DNA of 56,067 nucleotides from Chiloscyllium plagiosum (lineage: Eukaryota), in contig NC_057750.1 of assembly GCF_004010195.1 (NCBI RefSeq), forward strand, positions 17,430,255 to 17,486,321, written 5' to 3'. The translations under genes were made by a program, and so were the position numbers. The notes below the pieces were generated by a model. It worked only from the letters and a program-made list of their open reading frames with translations. It did not search any database and was not told the DNA's origin. Shown here piece by piece: positions 24,175-36,409 of this stretch (its first letter is position 1; each line of letters opens with the position of its first letter).

Positions 24175-24604
24175 TCTTTGTGGAAGCGTTCAAAGTTGTG
24201 GCCTTAGCCACTTCCTCATCACAGAATATTCCACGGTCCTGAAGGAGGCTGCACTCAGAGAGGATGGAATTTTCCACTCCCTCATACGCGTGAGCAAAGG
24301 CAAGGAAAGTGGGAACATGCAGTGAGACGGAAGAAAATTTGGTTGCGCACATTGAGAGAAACTTTCTCAATTTCCCCCTCAAGCCATAAACAGTGAATTC
24401 AGAATCTGACCATCTCCTCTCCTTCACCAAGACCCCAGATGATGCAAGTTCTCAAACATATCAATCAGAGAGAGACTCAGCGGCTGCAGCTGACTCAACA
24501 CCTGTCTCAGCCACCATTTTCTCCAGGACAACGTTCCTGCACGCTCCATGGACTGCTTCCTCTCACCCAACTGCATCCAGACAAGTCAACATCAGCACAG
24601 CACC

Positions 24605-24736
24605 AGGCAAAAGTGAGGACTGCAGATGCTGGAGATCAGCGTCAAGATGAGAGTGGTGCTGGAAAAGCACAGCAGGTCAGGCAGCATCTGAGGAGCAGGA
24701 AAATCGACGTTCTGGGCAGGAGCCCTTCATCAGGAA
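24605..24736 (-). mobile_element. Family-A hammerhead terminal repeat
   Basis: Family consensus ending in cccttcatcagga. GAAA is mutated. Confidence 0.75.
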
Positions 24737-25274
24737 CACCACCGGCCTGTTGCTGGACCATTTTTATTCTGGAGCTCAGGGATCTTTACACTTCAGCTGG
24801 GTCACCCTGCATGCGCAGTCACACTCACATCGCGTACATTTGAATGTGATGCACGATAAGGCTCTTCAAACCATAGACAAAAAAAAAAGCAAGGTTCCAT
24901 CACTGAAAGAGGCACTTCAGCCCATCAGGCCTGTGTTGGCTGAACAAACTAGCCCCAATTCTGATCCCATGTACTATCACCGAGTCCGTAACTCTGCAGG
25001 TTGCAGTCCTTCGAGGTAGATCTAGTGTTTCCACTGGATTAGAGTTCAGGGTTTCCATCTCAAACACCAAACTGGGCAGTGAATTCCAGGCAGCAGCCAC
25101 CCTCAGGGGGGAGAAGCCTTTCCTCTAATCCTGGCAGTGCTCCCTCAATCCGAGTCAAGGCAGTGAATGTTCTCCCATTTTGCCCTCTTGTGGCTCAGAG
25201 GTAGTGTCCCTACCCCTGGACTGGAGGCCCAGGTTCAAATCCCACCTGCTCCAGAGGTGTATCATAATACCGTA

Positions 25275-25622
25275 GGGTGGCACGGTGGCTCAGTGATTAG
25301 CACTGTTGTCTCACCGTGCTAGGTACCCAGCTTCAATTCCAGCCTCGGGCCACTCTCTGTGTGGAGTTTGTACGTTCTCCCCGTGTCTGTGTGGGTTTCC
25401 TCCGGGTGCTCCGGTTTCCTCCCAGAGTCCAAAGATGTGCAGGTCAGGTGAGTTGGTCATGCTAAATTGCTCGTAGCATTCAGGGGCGTGTAGGTTAGGT
25501 GCATTAGTCAGGGGAAAACGTAATGGGTAGGGGCATTGGTCTGGGTGGGTTTCTCTTTGCAGGGTCAGTGTGGGCTTATTGGGCTGAAGGGCCTGTTTCC
25601 ACACTGTAAGGATTCTATTCTA
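25275..25622 (+). mobile_element. HE1 V-SINE
   Basis: Head, V-domain and tail all present. Confidence 0.9.
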
Positions 25623-25693
25623 CCTCTGAGCAGGTTGATTAGAAAAATAGGTTGAGCCGTCTGGTGGAGTCCCTTGTCCACTTGATCCAAGCC

Positions 25694-28022
25694 CCCGGTC
25701 AGTTGGTGCAGTCCTGGTCAATGGTGCAGCCCTGGTGAGTTGGTGTAGCCTCGGTCGGTTGGTGCAGCCCCGGTCAGTTGGTGCAGTCATGGTCAGTTGG
25801 TGCAGTCACGGTCATTTGGTGCAGTCATGGTCAGTTGGTGCAGTCATGGTCAGTTGGTGCAGCCTCAATCAGTTGGTGCAGTCACGGTCATTTGGTGCAG
25901 TCATGGTCAGTTGGTGCAGTCCCGGTCAGTTGGTGCAGTCATGGTCAGTTGGTGCAGCCTCAGTCAGTTGGTGTAGTCCTGGTCAGTTGGTGCGGCCTCG
26001 GTCGGTTGGTGCAGTAATGGTCAGTTGGTGCAGTCATGGTCAGTTGGTGCAGCCTCAGTCAGTTGGTGTAGTCCTGATCAGTTGATGCAGCCCTGGTCAG
26101 TTGGTGCAGTAATGGTCAGTTGGTGCAGTCATGGTCAGTTAGTGCAGTAATGGTCAGTTGGTGCAGTCATGGTCAGTTAGTGCAGTCATGGTCAGTTGGT
26201 GCTGTCATGGTCAGTTGGTGCTGTCATGGTCAGTTGGTGCAGTCCTGGTCATTTGGTGCAGTCATGGTCAGTTAGTGCAGTCATGGTCAGTTGGTGCTGT
26301 CATGGTCAGTTGGTGCAGTCCTGGTCAGTTGGTGCAGTCCCGGTCAGTTGGTGCTGTCATGGTCAGTTGGTGCAGTCCTGGTCAGTTGGTGCAGTCCTGG
26401 TCAGTTGGTGCAGTCCCGGTCAGTTGGTGCTGTCATGGTCAGTTGGTGCAGCCATGGTCAGTTGGTGCTGTCATGGTCAGTTGGTGCAGTCCCGGTCAGT
26501 TGGTGCTGTCATGGTCAGTTGGTGCAGTCCTGGTCAGTTGGTGCAGTCATGGTCAGTTGGTGCAGTCATGGTTAGTTGGTGCAGTCTCAATCAGTTGGTG
26601 CAGTCACAGTCATTTGGTGCAGTCATGGTCAGTTGGTGCAGTCCCGGTCAGTTGGTGCAGTCCCGGTCAGTTGGTGCAGTCATGGTCAGTTGGTGCAGTC
26701 ACGGTCAGTTGGTGCAGTCCCGGTCAGTTGGTGCAGTCATGGTCAGTTGGTGCAGTCATGGTCAGTTGATGCAGCCCTGGTCAGTTGGTGCAGTAATGGT
26801 CAGTTGGTGCAGTCATGGTCAGTTAGTGCAGTCATGGTCAGTTGGTGCAGTCCTGATCATTTGGTGCAGTCATGGTCAGTTGGTGCAGTCATGGTCAGTT
26901 GGTGCAGCCCCGGTCAGTTGGCGTAGTCATGGTCAGTTGGTGCAGCCCGGGTCAGTTGGTGCAGTCATGGTCAGTTGGTGCAGTCATGGTCAGTTGGTGC
27001 AGTGTCGATTAGTTGGTGCAGTCATGGTCAGTTGGTGCCATCATGGTCAGTTGGTGCAGTCATGGTCAGTTGGTGCAGCCCTGGTAAGTTGGTGCAGTCC
27101 CGGTCAGTTGGTGCAGTCATGGTCAGTGGGTGCAGTCATGGTCAGTTGGTGCAGTACCGGTCAGTTGGTGCTGTCATGGTCAGTTGGTGCAGTCCCGGTC
27201 AGTTGGTGCAGACCCGGTCAGTTGGTGCAGTCATGGTCAGTTGGTGCAGTCCCGGTCAGTTGGTGCAGTCATTGTCAGTTGGTGCAGCCATGGTCAGTTG
27301 GTGCAGACCCGGTCAGTTGGTGCAGTCATGGTCAGTTGGGGCAGCCCCGGTCAGTTGGTGCAGCACCGGTCAGTTGGTGCAGTCATGGTCAGTTGGTGCA
27401 GCCCCGGTCAGTTGGTGCAGTCATGGTCAGTTGGTACTGCCCCGGTCAGTTGGTGCAGTGTCGATCAGTTGGTGCAGCACCGGTCAGTTGGTGCCATCAT
27501 GGTCAGTTGATGCAGCCCTGGTCAGTTGGTGCAGTCATGGTCAGTTGGTGCAGTCCCAGTCAGTTGGTGCAGCCCCGGTCAGTTGGTGCAGTCCTGGTCA
27601 GTTGGTGCAGTCACGGTCAGTTGGTGCAGCCCTGGTCAGTTGGTGCAGTCACGGTCAGTTGGTGCTGTCATGGTCAGTTGGTGCAGTCATGGTCAGTTGG
27701 TGCAGTCATGGTCAGTTGGTGCAGCCCCGGTCAGTTGGTGCAGTCACAGTCATTTGGTGCAGTCCTGGTCAGTTGGTGCAGTCCCGGTCAGTTGGTGCAG
27801 ACTCAGTCAGTTGGTGCAGTCATGGTCAGTTGGTGCAGTCACAGTCATTTGGTGCAGTCCCGGTCAGTTGGTGCAGCCTCAGTCAGTTGGTGCAGTCCTG
27901 GTCAGTTGGTGCAGTCACAGTCATTTGGTGCAGTCCTGGTCAGTTGGTGCAGTCACGGTCAGTTGTTGCAGTCACGGTCAGTTGGTGCAGTCACGGTCAG
28001 TTGGTGCAGTTCCTGTCAGTTG
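25694..28022. repeat. 19-bp minisatellite, about 120 copies
   Basis: Unit ggtcagttggtgcagtc(a/c)(t/c). It generates the spurious long ORFs at 25735-28157. Confidence 0.97.
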
Positions 28023-28703
28023 AATGGTTCAAAGCAGCATGACCGACTCCTATTTCCACTCTCAAACATTCCTTCAACAGCCCAGCCTGCAGTGTTCTCT
28101 GAGAAAGCATGTTCCACAGGCTCAGAACCTCTGAGAAAGAATGTCTCTATGTCTTAAATTGGAGATCTATTATCTCTCAAATCTGTCCCCTATTTCTCGT
28201 TTCCAGTCTCCCACTGAATGTATTCTCTCACAGAGGTTCACACCGATCCAACTGCGGGCTTGTTTCCATGGAACATCAGGAAAACATCAGGCTATCCCAC
28301 TTCTCGGAATTCTGGCTGGCAAACATTTTGCAAGCAGACCACAAAGTCTCAGGTTCACTTTGTGCCTATCTCTGAGTTAGAGGGTCTCAACCCATCCAAT
28401 CATGTTTAATTTGTTTGGCTTAGGTCAAGAATAAAGCCAGGTCATGGTGGAAAAACTCAGCACCCGTGGAGAGAAAAAGCAGGGTCAACAGTTCGAGTCT
28501 GTTATCGTTGATCTCCTGAAAGGTGGTACCTCTGTATTTATGCTCTGGAGTGGGACATGAAACCAGGAACCTGTAATACAAGGTGCCAGTGCAACCAACT
28601 GAGCTACAGATGACTATATGGCCTGCATCAGCAAATGCTCCTTCAAGTCTGAGAACTGATTGTCATACTATGACTTTATAAAAGAAGTAATGCTTCAGCT
28701 GGT

Positions 28704-28912
28704 GAGAGTGCGGTGCTGGAAAAGCGCAGCAGGTCAAGCAGCATCCGAGGAGCAGGAGAATCGAAGTCTTGGGCATAATCAGGATTCCTGATGGAGGGCT
28801 TATGCCCAAAATCTCGATTCTCCCACTCCTCGGACGCTGCTTGACCTGCTGCGCTTTTCCAGCACCACACTCTCGACTTTGATCTCCAGCATCTGCGGTC
28901 CTCACTTGCTCC
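28704..28912. mobile_element. Family-A palindromic hammerhead mini-element
   Basis: Inverted arms around a degenerate ctgatggagggcttatgcccaaaa core. Confidence 0.8.
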
Positions 28913-30414
28913 GAGTATGGCTATGGACTCAAACTTTGCAGCAATCAGGTCACAGATCCTTCCGAGTGCAGACGTTAGGATTTGGTTTGTTTTCGAGGTG
29001 AAAGACCAGATTCCCTCCCAACAGTTACCACCCTAGTTTGTGTCAGTTTACATACTCTCCCATAACCTCCTCCTACCCTAGTCCACCTCACTCCCATCTG
29101 TATTTTCTCCAAAGATGACCAGAGATTTTAATTCACACAAAATAAAAGTGCATGCACGATAACTTTCATCCCCTCAAGATATCCCTCAAACAGGCAAAGG
29201 TTATAAAATCAAAAATCAAAAAATTGGTTTGCACTGGATTTTATTATTTAGCTTGCATGAAGAACTCGGCAAAGTAATAAAAATAAAGACTGGAAGTCTT
29301 TTCTTAAATGTTAATTATTTATTTTGTATTTGATAAACGCAATTCCAATTGTATAAGCAGAAATTTCTTTCAATTAAGCATTTGGAATGTCAAAGCCATC
29401 ATCATTAGATTCTGCTATAAATGCCAAATATTCATTCTTCCAAATCCATTATTTCAGTCAGCATTTGGCAAGATGTTCTCTGTCAATATCAAACTGATTG
29501 CTTAAATCTCTCCTGAGCTATCAAAACAGCAATAACCTCTATTTATACAGCAGCTTTAATTTAGTTCAATATTCCATTCAGCACTTTCAGACATAACATC
29601 GACACCAAATCAAAGAAGCAGGGTTTAAAACAAAAACCGGATCAAAAAGACAGGTCCTCAGTCAACGCGAGTGCAGTGGACAGCTACAGAGAGAAAGCTA
29701 CAGAGAACGTAGAGTTAGTGAAATCATAGGCTGCCGTTAGTGGGGTGAAAGAGGTGGGAATAAACAAGGAGCAAGAATTAAGGCCTTGAAGGGGAATGAG
29801 GTATTCGGAAACCAAAACTGCAAGTTTCAAACCACGGTATTGCCAAAGCAGGAACCGATGCAGTGCAGCAAGCCCAAGGAGATAAATGAAGAGCATTAAA
29901 TGCAGGTTAAGCCCTGGGCAGTAGAACTTGGATGGGTCTAAGCATATAGAGTGTGGAAGACGCAAAGCTGGCCAGATGATCGCTGGTGGCCTTGCCGAAA
30001 TAAGTTTGCGTCAGAGCTGGCAAAAAATCTTGTAAATCTAAATCTTAGTATCCTTTCATAGTGCTCACTTACTGTATGTTTTCATGGAGTTCTCTAGCCT
30101 CTGTCTGACTTACATGACTCTATTTCTGCACACCGCTGCCTTCAGCACAGTCTGACAGCCTGACAGCCTGTGTGGGACTCGCACTGTTTTCGAAGTGTAC
30201 AGGGTCTACACGCCTCGGCTGTCGGTGAGGAGCCTCTGCAGTTTGCTTTGGTTTTTAGTGCAGAGGGAAAGGCAGGCAGCCTGGGAGTGTAGGGAGAACC
30301 GAACAGTTGATCAGTCAGATGGACAGGTTACTGTGTAGCACCTTGCTCCATCAACATGAGATCTGTAGTGCATGCTCACAGTTCTTAGAACAAGCACACT
30401 TCTTCAAATAAACG

Positions 30415-30595
30415 TCAAAAGGTGTGGGGCTGGAAAAGCACAGCCGGTCAGGCAGCACCTGAGGAACAGGAGAATCGACGTTTCAGTCCTTCACCTGCAA
30501 ACACCTGCTCCTCGGATCCTGCCTGACCTGCTGCGCTTTTCCAGCCCCACACTTTTTGACGCTTGTCTCCAGCATCTGCAGGCCTCACTTCCTCC
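30415..30595. mobile_element. Family-A palindromic mini-element with a deleted centre
   Basis: gtcaaaaggtgtggggctggaaaagc ... gcttttccagccccacactttttgac. Confidence 0.75.
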
Positions 30596-30899
30596 TGCTT
30601 CACACAAATGGCCATGTTTATAGCCCGAGGGGAATTGTCCTGAGGCTGGTAAAGGGAAACAGGAGTGTCAGGGGGTGCAGCATCACAGAATCATTAAGGG
30701 ACAGATTGAGACCATTCAGCCCATTGTTAAGATAAAGTCAGAAATCCAATTAACCCGTCACAAACTTGGGATTTGAAAACCTGAAACCTGAACGTTATGG
30801 AGACATCCGCATGTGGTTCCAGGGCCAAGCGGGGGGGGCAGCTACCATCAGGCATTGCAACGCCAAAAACGTGCTGTGAAAGGAAAGATGCAGGAATAG

Positions 30900-31980
30900 A
30901 GCAGGACTTGGGAAATTTGATACAGTGCCACATGGCATTGGTTAGCAAATTAGAAATGTTTGGGATTGATTATTCCTTGGCAGGATGGATTCGAAATTGG
31001 CTAAAAGGTCAGAAACAGATGATAGAAGGATCTTTCTCAGATTGGAGACAAGTTGAAAGTGGTGCTCCACAGGGATTGAGACCCTTGCTTTTTCTGATTT
31101 ATATAAATGATTTGAAAATGGATTAATCTCTAAGTTTGCAGATGATACTAAGCAAGGGAGAATAGCAAATTGTGAGGATGATGCTGAGCAACCTCAGAGG
31201 GGTATTAACAAGTGGGGCAAATGGGCAGACACGAGGCAGATGAAATTCAAAGCAGAGAAATATGAGGTAATGTGTGTTAGTGGATGTAACATGGAGAGAC
31301 AATACAGGTCCCATGTATAACTGTGAAGAGACTCCACCTACATGATTCACTGAAGGTGGCCAGGCAAGTTAAAACACTTGCTAAAAAGATCTTGGCGGTG
31401 ATAAATAGTGGCGGAGAGTATAAAAGCTACACCTCTACAAATCATTGGGAAGAACACACTTGAAGTATTGTTTTCAGTTCAGGGCTTCTTATTTACAGCA
31501 GGATGTTAAAACCCTGAAGAGAGTTCAAAGGCGATTTACTAGAATGATGCCGGAAATGAGGGACTTCAGATACAAGGAAAGTTTCGAGACATTGGCCTGA
31601 CTCTCCTCACAGCAGAGAAGATTAAGAGATGACCTTATTAAATTATTCAAAATCCTGAACAATAAAGTAGGATATTCTGTTTCCACCAATTGTTACGGCA
31701 GTAACTACGGGTCACAACGTGTCAGCAAGGGAGCTAGGAGTGAAATGAGGAGAAACCTCTTTACTCACAGAGTTGTAAGGATTTGGAAAGTGCTGCCTGG
31801 GAGAGGGGCAGAGGTGGATTCTATGGGAGGTTTCAAAAGAAAGCTGGATATATATTTGAAAGGGTGTAGTTAGAAATCCGCGGAGATAGGGCTGGAAAGT
31901 GGGACGAGCTTGGATAGCTCTTTCAGGGGCCAGTACAGACATGATGGGGTGTACGGCCTCCTTAAAATTCTATGATTCTA
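30900..31980 (+). mobile_element. Old CR1 LINE RT/3' region
   Basis: WIRNWL, GAPQG and FADD, ending in an attctatgattcta tail. Confidence 0.8.
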
Positions 31981-32336
31981 AACTACAAGAGGTAAATAAG
32001 TTCTTTCACGTCATTGTGATGGAGGAGATGCAGGATGAAGAGTTTTTATTGAATTGTTCTTGAGGTGTGGGCATTTCGAAGCCAGCATTTGTCACCCATT
32101 CACGATAGCCCTTGAACTGAATGGCTCACTAGAACACACCTGAGGGCACGGAAAGCAATGTCGCCTCTAATTAATGTATCTGCTGTGTAAGACCTCTGCT
32201 CCACTTGGAAGGTCAGCACACCGTTTGGCCTGCACTAACCTCCCAGCAGCTGCACCACTGGGAATGCAGCTTAAGAGTCAACCCCATTGAAAAAGGAGGA
32301 ATTCCCCCAGGGGAAAAGCTTGGTATTCTTGCAAGT

Positions 32337-32370
32337 TGTCCTGATGAGTGCAAGATGAAAAGCTTTGACA
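32337..32370 (+). ncRNA. Minimal hammerhead ribozyme-like motif (family C)
   Basis: UGUC-CUGAUGA-GU-GCAAG-AU-GAAA-AGCU-UU^GACA, with a 4-bp stem I UGUC/GACA and palindromic stem III AAGCUU. Confidence 0.65.
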
Positions 32371-32774
32371 CAATATGTCTTTTTCAGCATTACTCAACTT
32401 CCATTCAACCATGTTCCATAGTGAATCAGATGGGGTTTTTCAACACAGTGGTAGCTAAATGGTCATCATTACCAATAGCTAGTTTTCAATACCAGATTAA
32501 TTGAACTTAACTTCAGTCAGCCACCATGCTGGGATTTGAACTCATGTTCTCAGAACATTAGCCTGGGCCACAAGTCTACAAAGAACACTACAGCGCAGGA
32601 ACAGGACCGTTGGCCCTCCAAGCCTGCGCCAATATAATTTATCCTTCCATATTAAAAATGTCTTCACTTACAGGATCCATATCCCTCAAGTTAGCACTAA
32701 TGCCATGGTCTCCCCTTAAATGGCGGTGCCCAACACCAGAGAACACTCAAACAAACCTTGGGTTCTCAATCTTA

Positions 32775-33112
32775 GGGTGGCATAATGACTCAGTGGTTAG
32801 CACTGCTGCCTCATCATGGCAGGGAACTGGGCTGGATTCCAGCCACGTGCAGCTGTGTGCACATTCCCCCAGTGTCTGCGTGGCTTTCCTCCGGGTGCTC
32901 CGGTTTCCTCCCACAGTCTAAAGATGTGCAGGTCAGGGGAATTGGCCATGCTAAATTGCCCTTGGTGCTGAAGGATGTGCAGGCTTGGTGGATTAGTCAT
33001 GGGAAATGCAGGGTTACAGGGATGGGGTGGGTCTGGGTGGGATGCTCTTCGGAGGGTCAGTGTGGACTCGATGGGCTGATTGGCCTGCTTCCACACTATA
33101 GGATTCTATGAT
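32775..33112 (+). mobile_element. HE1-like V-SINE (older subfamily)
   Basis: Head, V-domain and tail ggattctatg. Confidence 0.8.
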
Positions 33113-33336
33113 CCTCTGCCAGAGTAAACAATATGTCTTGAGGGCTTCTGGGGTAATTCCAGGACTCCTAACTCCCTTTGGAATCCCATTCCTGAGTCCA
33201 GTCTGTTCACAGACTGCAGTAGCTCATAGTAACTATGAAATAAGTTATGGTAAACCTTCATCAGTCACGAGGTAGGCTTCAGATGGAGTACTGTGGCCAA
33301 TTCTGGGAGCTACATTTTATCAACAGTGATAAGAAA

Positions 33337-34880
33337 GGGTTAGGGTTAGGGAGATTGCACAGGATATTTACCTGTGACAGGGTTTGGGTTAGGGTTAGGG
33401 TTAGGGCTAGGACTAGGGTTAGGGTTAGGGTTAGGGAGATTGCACAGGATATTTACCTGCGATAGGGTTTGGGTTAGGGTTAGGGTTACAGTTAGGGTTA
33501 GTGTGTTGGGTTTGGGTTAGGGTTACATTTAGGGTGAGGATTAGTATTAGGGTTAGGGTTAGCGTTAGTATTAAGGTTAGAGTTAGTATTAGGGTTAGAG
33601 TTAGTATTTGGGTTACGGTTAGAGTTAGTATTAGGGTGGGAGTTGAGTTAGTATTAGGGTTAAGTTTAGGGTTAGGGTTAGTATTAGGGATAGGGTTAGA
33701 GTTAGTATTAGGTTTATTGCAATAGGGTTAGGGTTAGGGTTAGTATTAGGTTTATTGCAATAGGGTTAGGGTTAGGGTTAGTATTAGGTTTATTGCAATA
33801 GGGTTAGGGTTAGGGTTAGTATTAGGTTTATTGCAATAGGGTTAGGGTTAGGGTTAGTATTAGGTTTATTGCAATAGGGTTAGGGTTAGGGTTAGTATTA
33901 GGTTTATTGCAATAGGGTTAGGGTTAGGGTTAGTATTAGGTTTATTGCAATAGGGTTAGGGTTAGGGTTAGGGATAGGGTTAGGTTTACGATTAGGTTTA
34001 GGGTTAGAGTTAGTATTAGGTTAGGGTTAGGGTTAGTATTAGGTTTATTGCAATAGGGTTAGGGTTAGGGTTAGGGATAGGGTTAGGTTTACGATTAGGT
34101 TTAGGGTTAGAGTTAGTATTAGGTTAGGGTTAGGGTTAGTATTAGGTTTATTGCAATAGGGTTAGGGTTAGGGTTAGGGATAGGGTTAGGTTTACGATTA
34201 GGTTTAGGGTTAGAGTTAGTATTAGGTTAGGGTTAGGGTTAGTATTAGGTTTATTGCAATAGGGTTAGGGTTAGGGTTAGGGATAGGGTTAGGTTTACGA
34301 TTAGGTTTAGGGTTAGAGTTAGTATTAGGTTAGGGTTAGGGTTAGTATTAGGTTTATTGCAATAGGGTTAGGGTTAGGGTTAGGGATAGGGTTAGGTTTA
34401 CGATTAGGTTTAGGGTTAGAGTTAGTATTAGGTTAGGGTTAGGGTTAGTATTAGGTTTATTGCAATAGGGTTAGGGTTAGGGTTAGAGTTTGTATTAGGT
34501 TTATTGCACAGGAAATTTACAAGAATGGCAGCAGGTTTTGAAGATATTGGAGAAGCTGAGGGTGTTCTCCTCAAAGCAGAGAAGGGTAAGGGTTAGGGTT
34601 AGGGTTAGGATTAGGGTTAGGGTTAGTATTAGGGTTAGGGTTAGGGTTAATCTTAGGTTTATTGCACAGGATATGTACGAGAATGGCAGCAGGTTTTGAA
34701 GATATTGGAGAAGCTGAGGGTGTTCTCCTCAAAGCAGAGAAGGGTAAGGGTTAGGGTTAGGGTTAGGATTAGGGTTAGGGTTAGTATTAGGGTTAGGGTT
34801 AGCGTTAGTATTAGGGTTAGAGTTAGTATTTAGGGTTAGGGTTAGGATTCGGATTAGGATTAGGGTTAGTATTAGGTTTA
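33337..34880 (+). repeat. Interstitial telomeric (TTAGGG)n array, degenerate, with 38-bp and 103-bp higher-order units
   Basis: TTAGGG runs. The marker ggtttattgc recurs every 38 bp (33711-33939) and then every 103 bp (33939-34454). Confidence 0.93.
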
Positions 34881-36409
34881 TTACACAGGATATTTACGAG
34901 AATGGCAGCAGTTTTTGAAGTTATTGGAGAAGCTGAGGGTGTTCTCCTCAAAGCAGAGAAGGATACAGAAGATTAAAAATTATGAAGGGTTTTAACACAG
35001 TAAATATTAAGACATGGTTTCCATCACCATGGTGATCGCTAATGTGGGAGTAGGTTGTGGTGTAGTGACAGTGTTACAAGACTTGTTATCCAGGCTTTCC
35101 TAATCTGCCGATGTGGGTTCGAATCTCAGTATAGCAGATGATGAAATGTAAGTTCACTTTAAACGATGGCCTGAAAGGCTAGTGTAATGCTGATCACTGT
35201 TAATTGTTGTAAACATCTGCTGGGTTCACTAATGCCTTTTAGTGAAGGAAATCTGTCATCCTAACCTTGTCTGAGACTCAATCACCAAATGACTCCAGAC
35301 TCAAAGCAATTTGGTTGACTCACCTATCCTTTGGGCAGTAAAAGCTGGCCCTTGTAGTGAATTAAGAAGAACATGGATTTAAAACGGGTGATAATAAGAA
35401 CTGAGGAAAAGGTCAGCTATACTTTAATGCAGTAAGTTGAACACACTGCTGAGTGAGCTGGTGGAACAGATTCGATAAGAACTCCCAAAAGGAATGGGTT
35501 AAATCCTTGCAAGGCTATGAGGAAAGAGTGGGGGAGTGGATCTAACTGGATAGTTATTTTAAGGAGGCAGTGATTGGGGTCGCTATTGAGAGAGAACAGA
35601 TGATTACGGGAGGCTAAAAGGTGATTTCAAGCCCAGCATGGCTAAGCTCAATGGACAGAACAAATGGATAACTGAATTAAGGAGAAGACATTTTCAGTAC
35701 AATGCTTGAATAAAGGTGTCAAAATGTCACTGAAGGGAATAGGTTGTGTTCCTATGAGAAGAACATCTAAAGTTATTTCTGCCAGACTGTCTAATGTTCA
35801 TTCAACACGGCAGGCTGCAGAATGGCTGGAGTATTTATTTGAGGGCACTAGCGTTCCTGAGGGAGATTGGGATCATCTGGAAGGGTCATACTTTTTCAAT
35901 TTATTTTTGCTTGGACCAAGTGATGCCTCAGTGTCACAAAAACAAAGCTTAATGTTCAAGAGAGCTTTTAAATCTCACAAAGCCCTTGGCTTCCTTCCCC
36001 ATTTGTTTTTAGATGTTTGAAGTTCTGGTTGATTGTGTTTAGCTCTTGTACCTGTTTATCCAGCTCCTGAGTGTATCCAAACCACCCGAATAGGGCACTT
36101 GGTCTTGTTCCTATTGATCTTTCGGCTTTACTCATGTGGAATTAACCATCTCCTCAAAGCATCGAACAATTTGTGAAGCGGGATTGGGAGACTGAGTGTA
36201 ACCAATCATAGTGTTTTGGTTGCATGGTAGTTATCATTTAAAATACGATTAGCCACAACAGTAGTGCACAGCCTAAATGTGTTACATCACAGAGACTGGA
36301 GTAAAGTGTACTTTTTACACTGATTGATACCACAAGAACAAGACTTTTTCTGACAGTAAATGACGGGAACATATATACACACACACACACGCACACAGAC
36401 ACACATAAA

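Noticed and set aside
25735..28157. Long ORFs (653, 355 and 203 aa) of repetitive VQSWSVGAVMVSWCSHGQL
   Set aside because: These are a by-product of a stop-poor 19-bp minisatellite. The same peptide appears in all three frames, and there is no splice or codon evidence.
28457..28474. RE1/NRSE-like TCAGCACC...GGAGAG
   Set aside because: The spacer is non-canonical (3 nt) and the match lies in a deleted copy of a common repeat.
33337..34880. Chromosome end-to-end fusion site
   Set aside because: There is no switch from TTAGGG to CCCTAA, and both flanks appear to belong to one CR1 relic.
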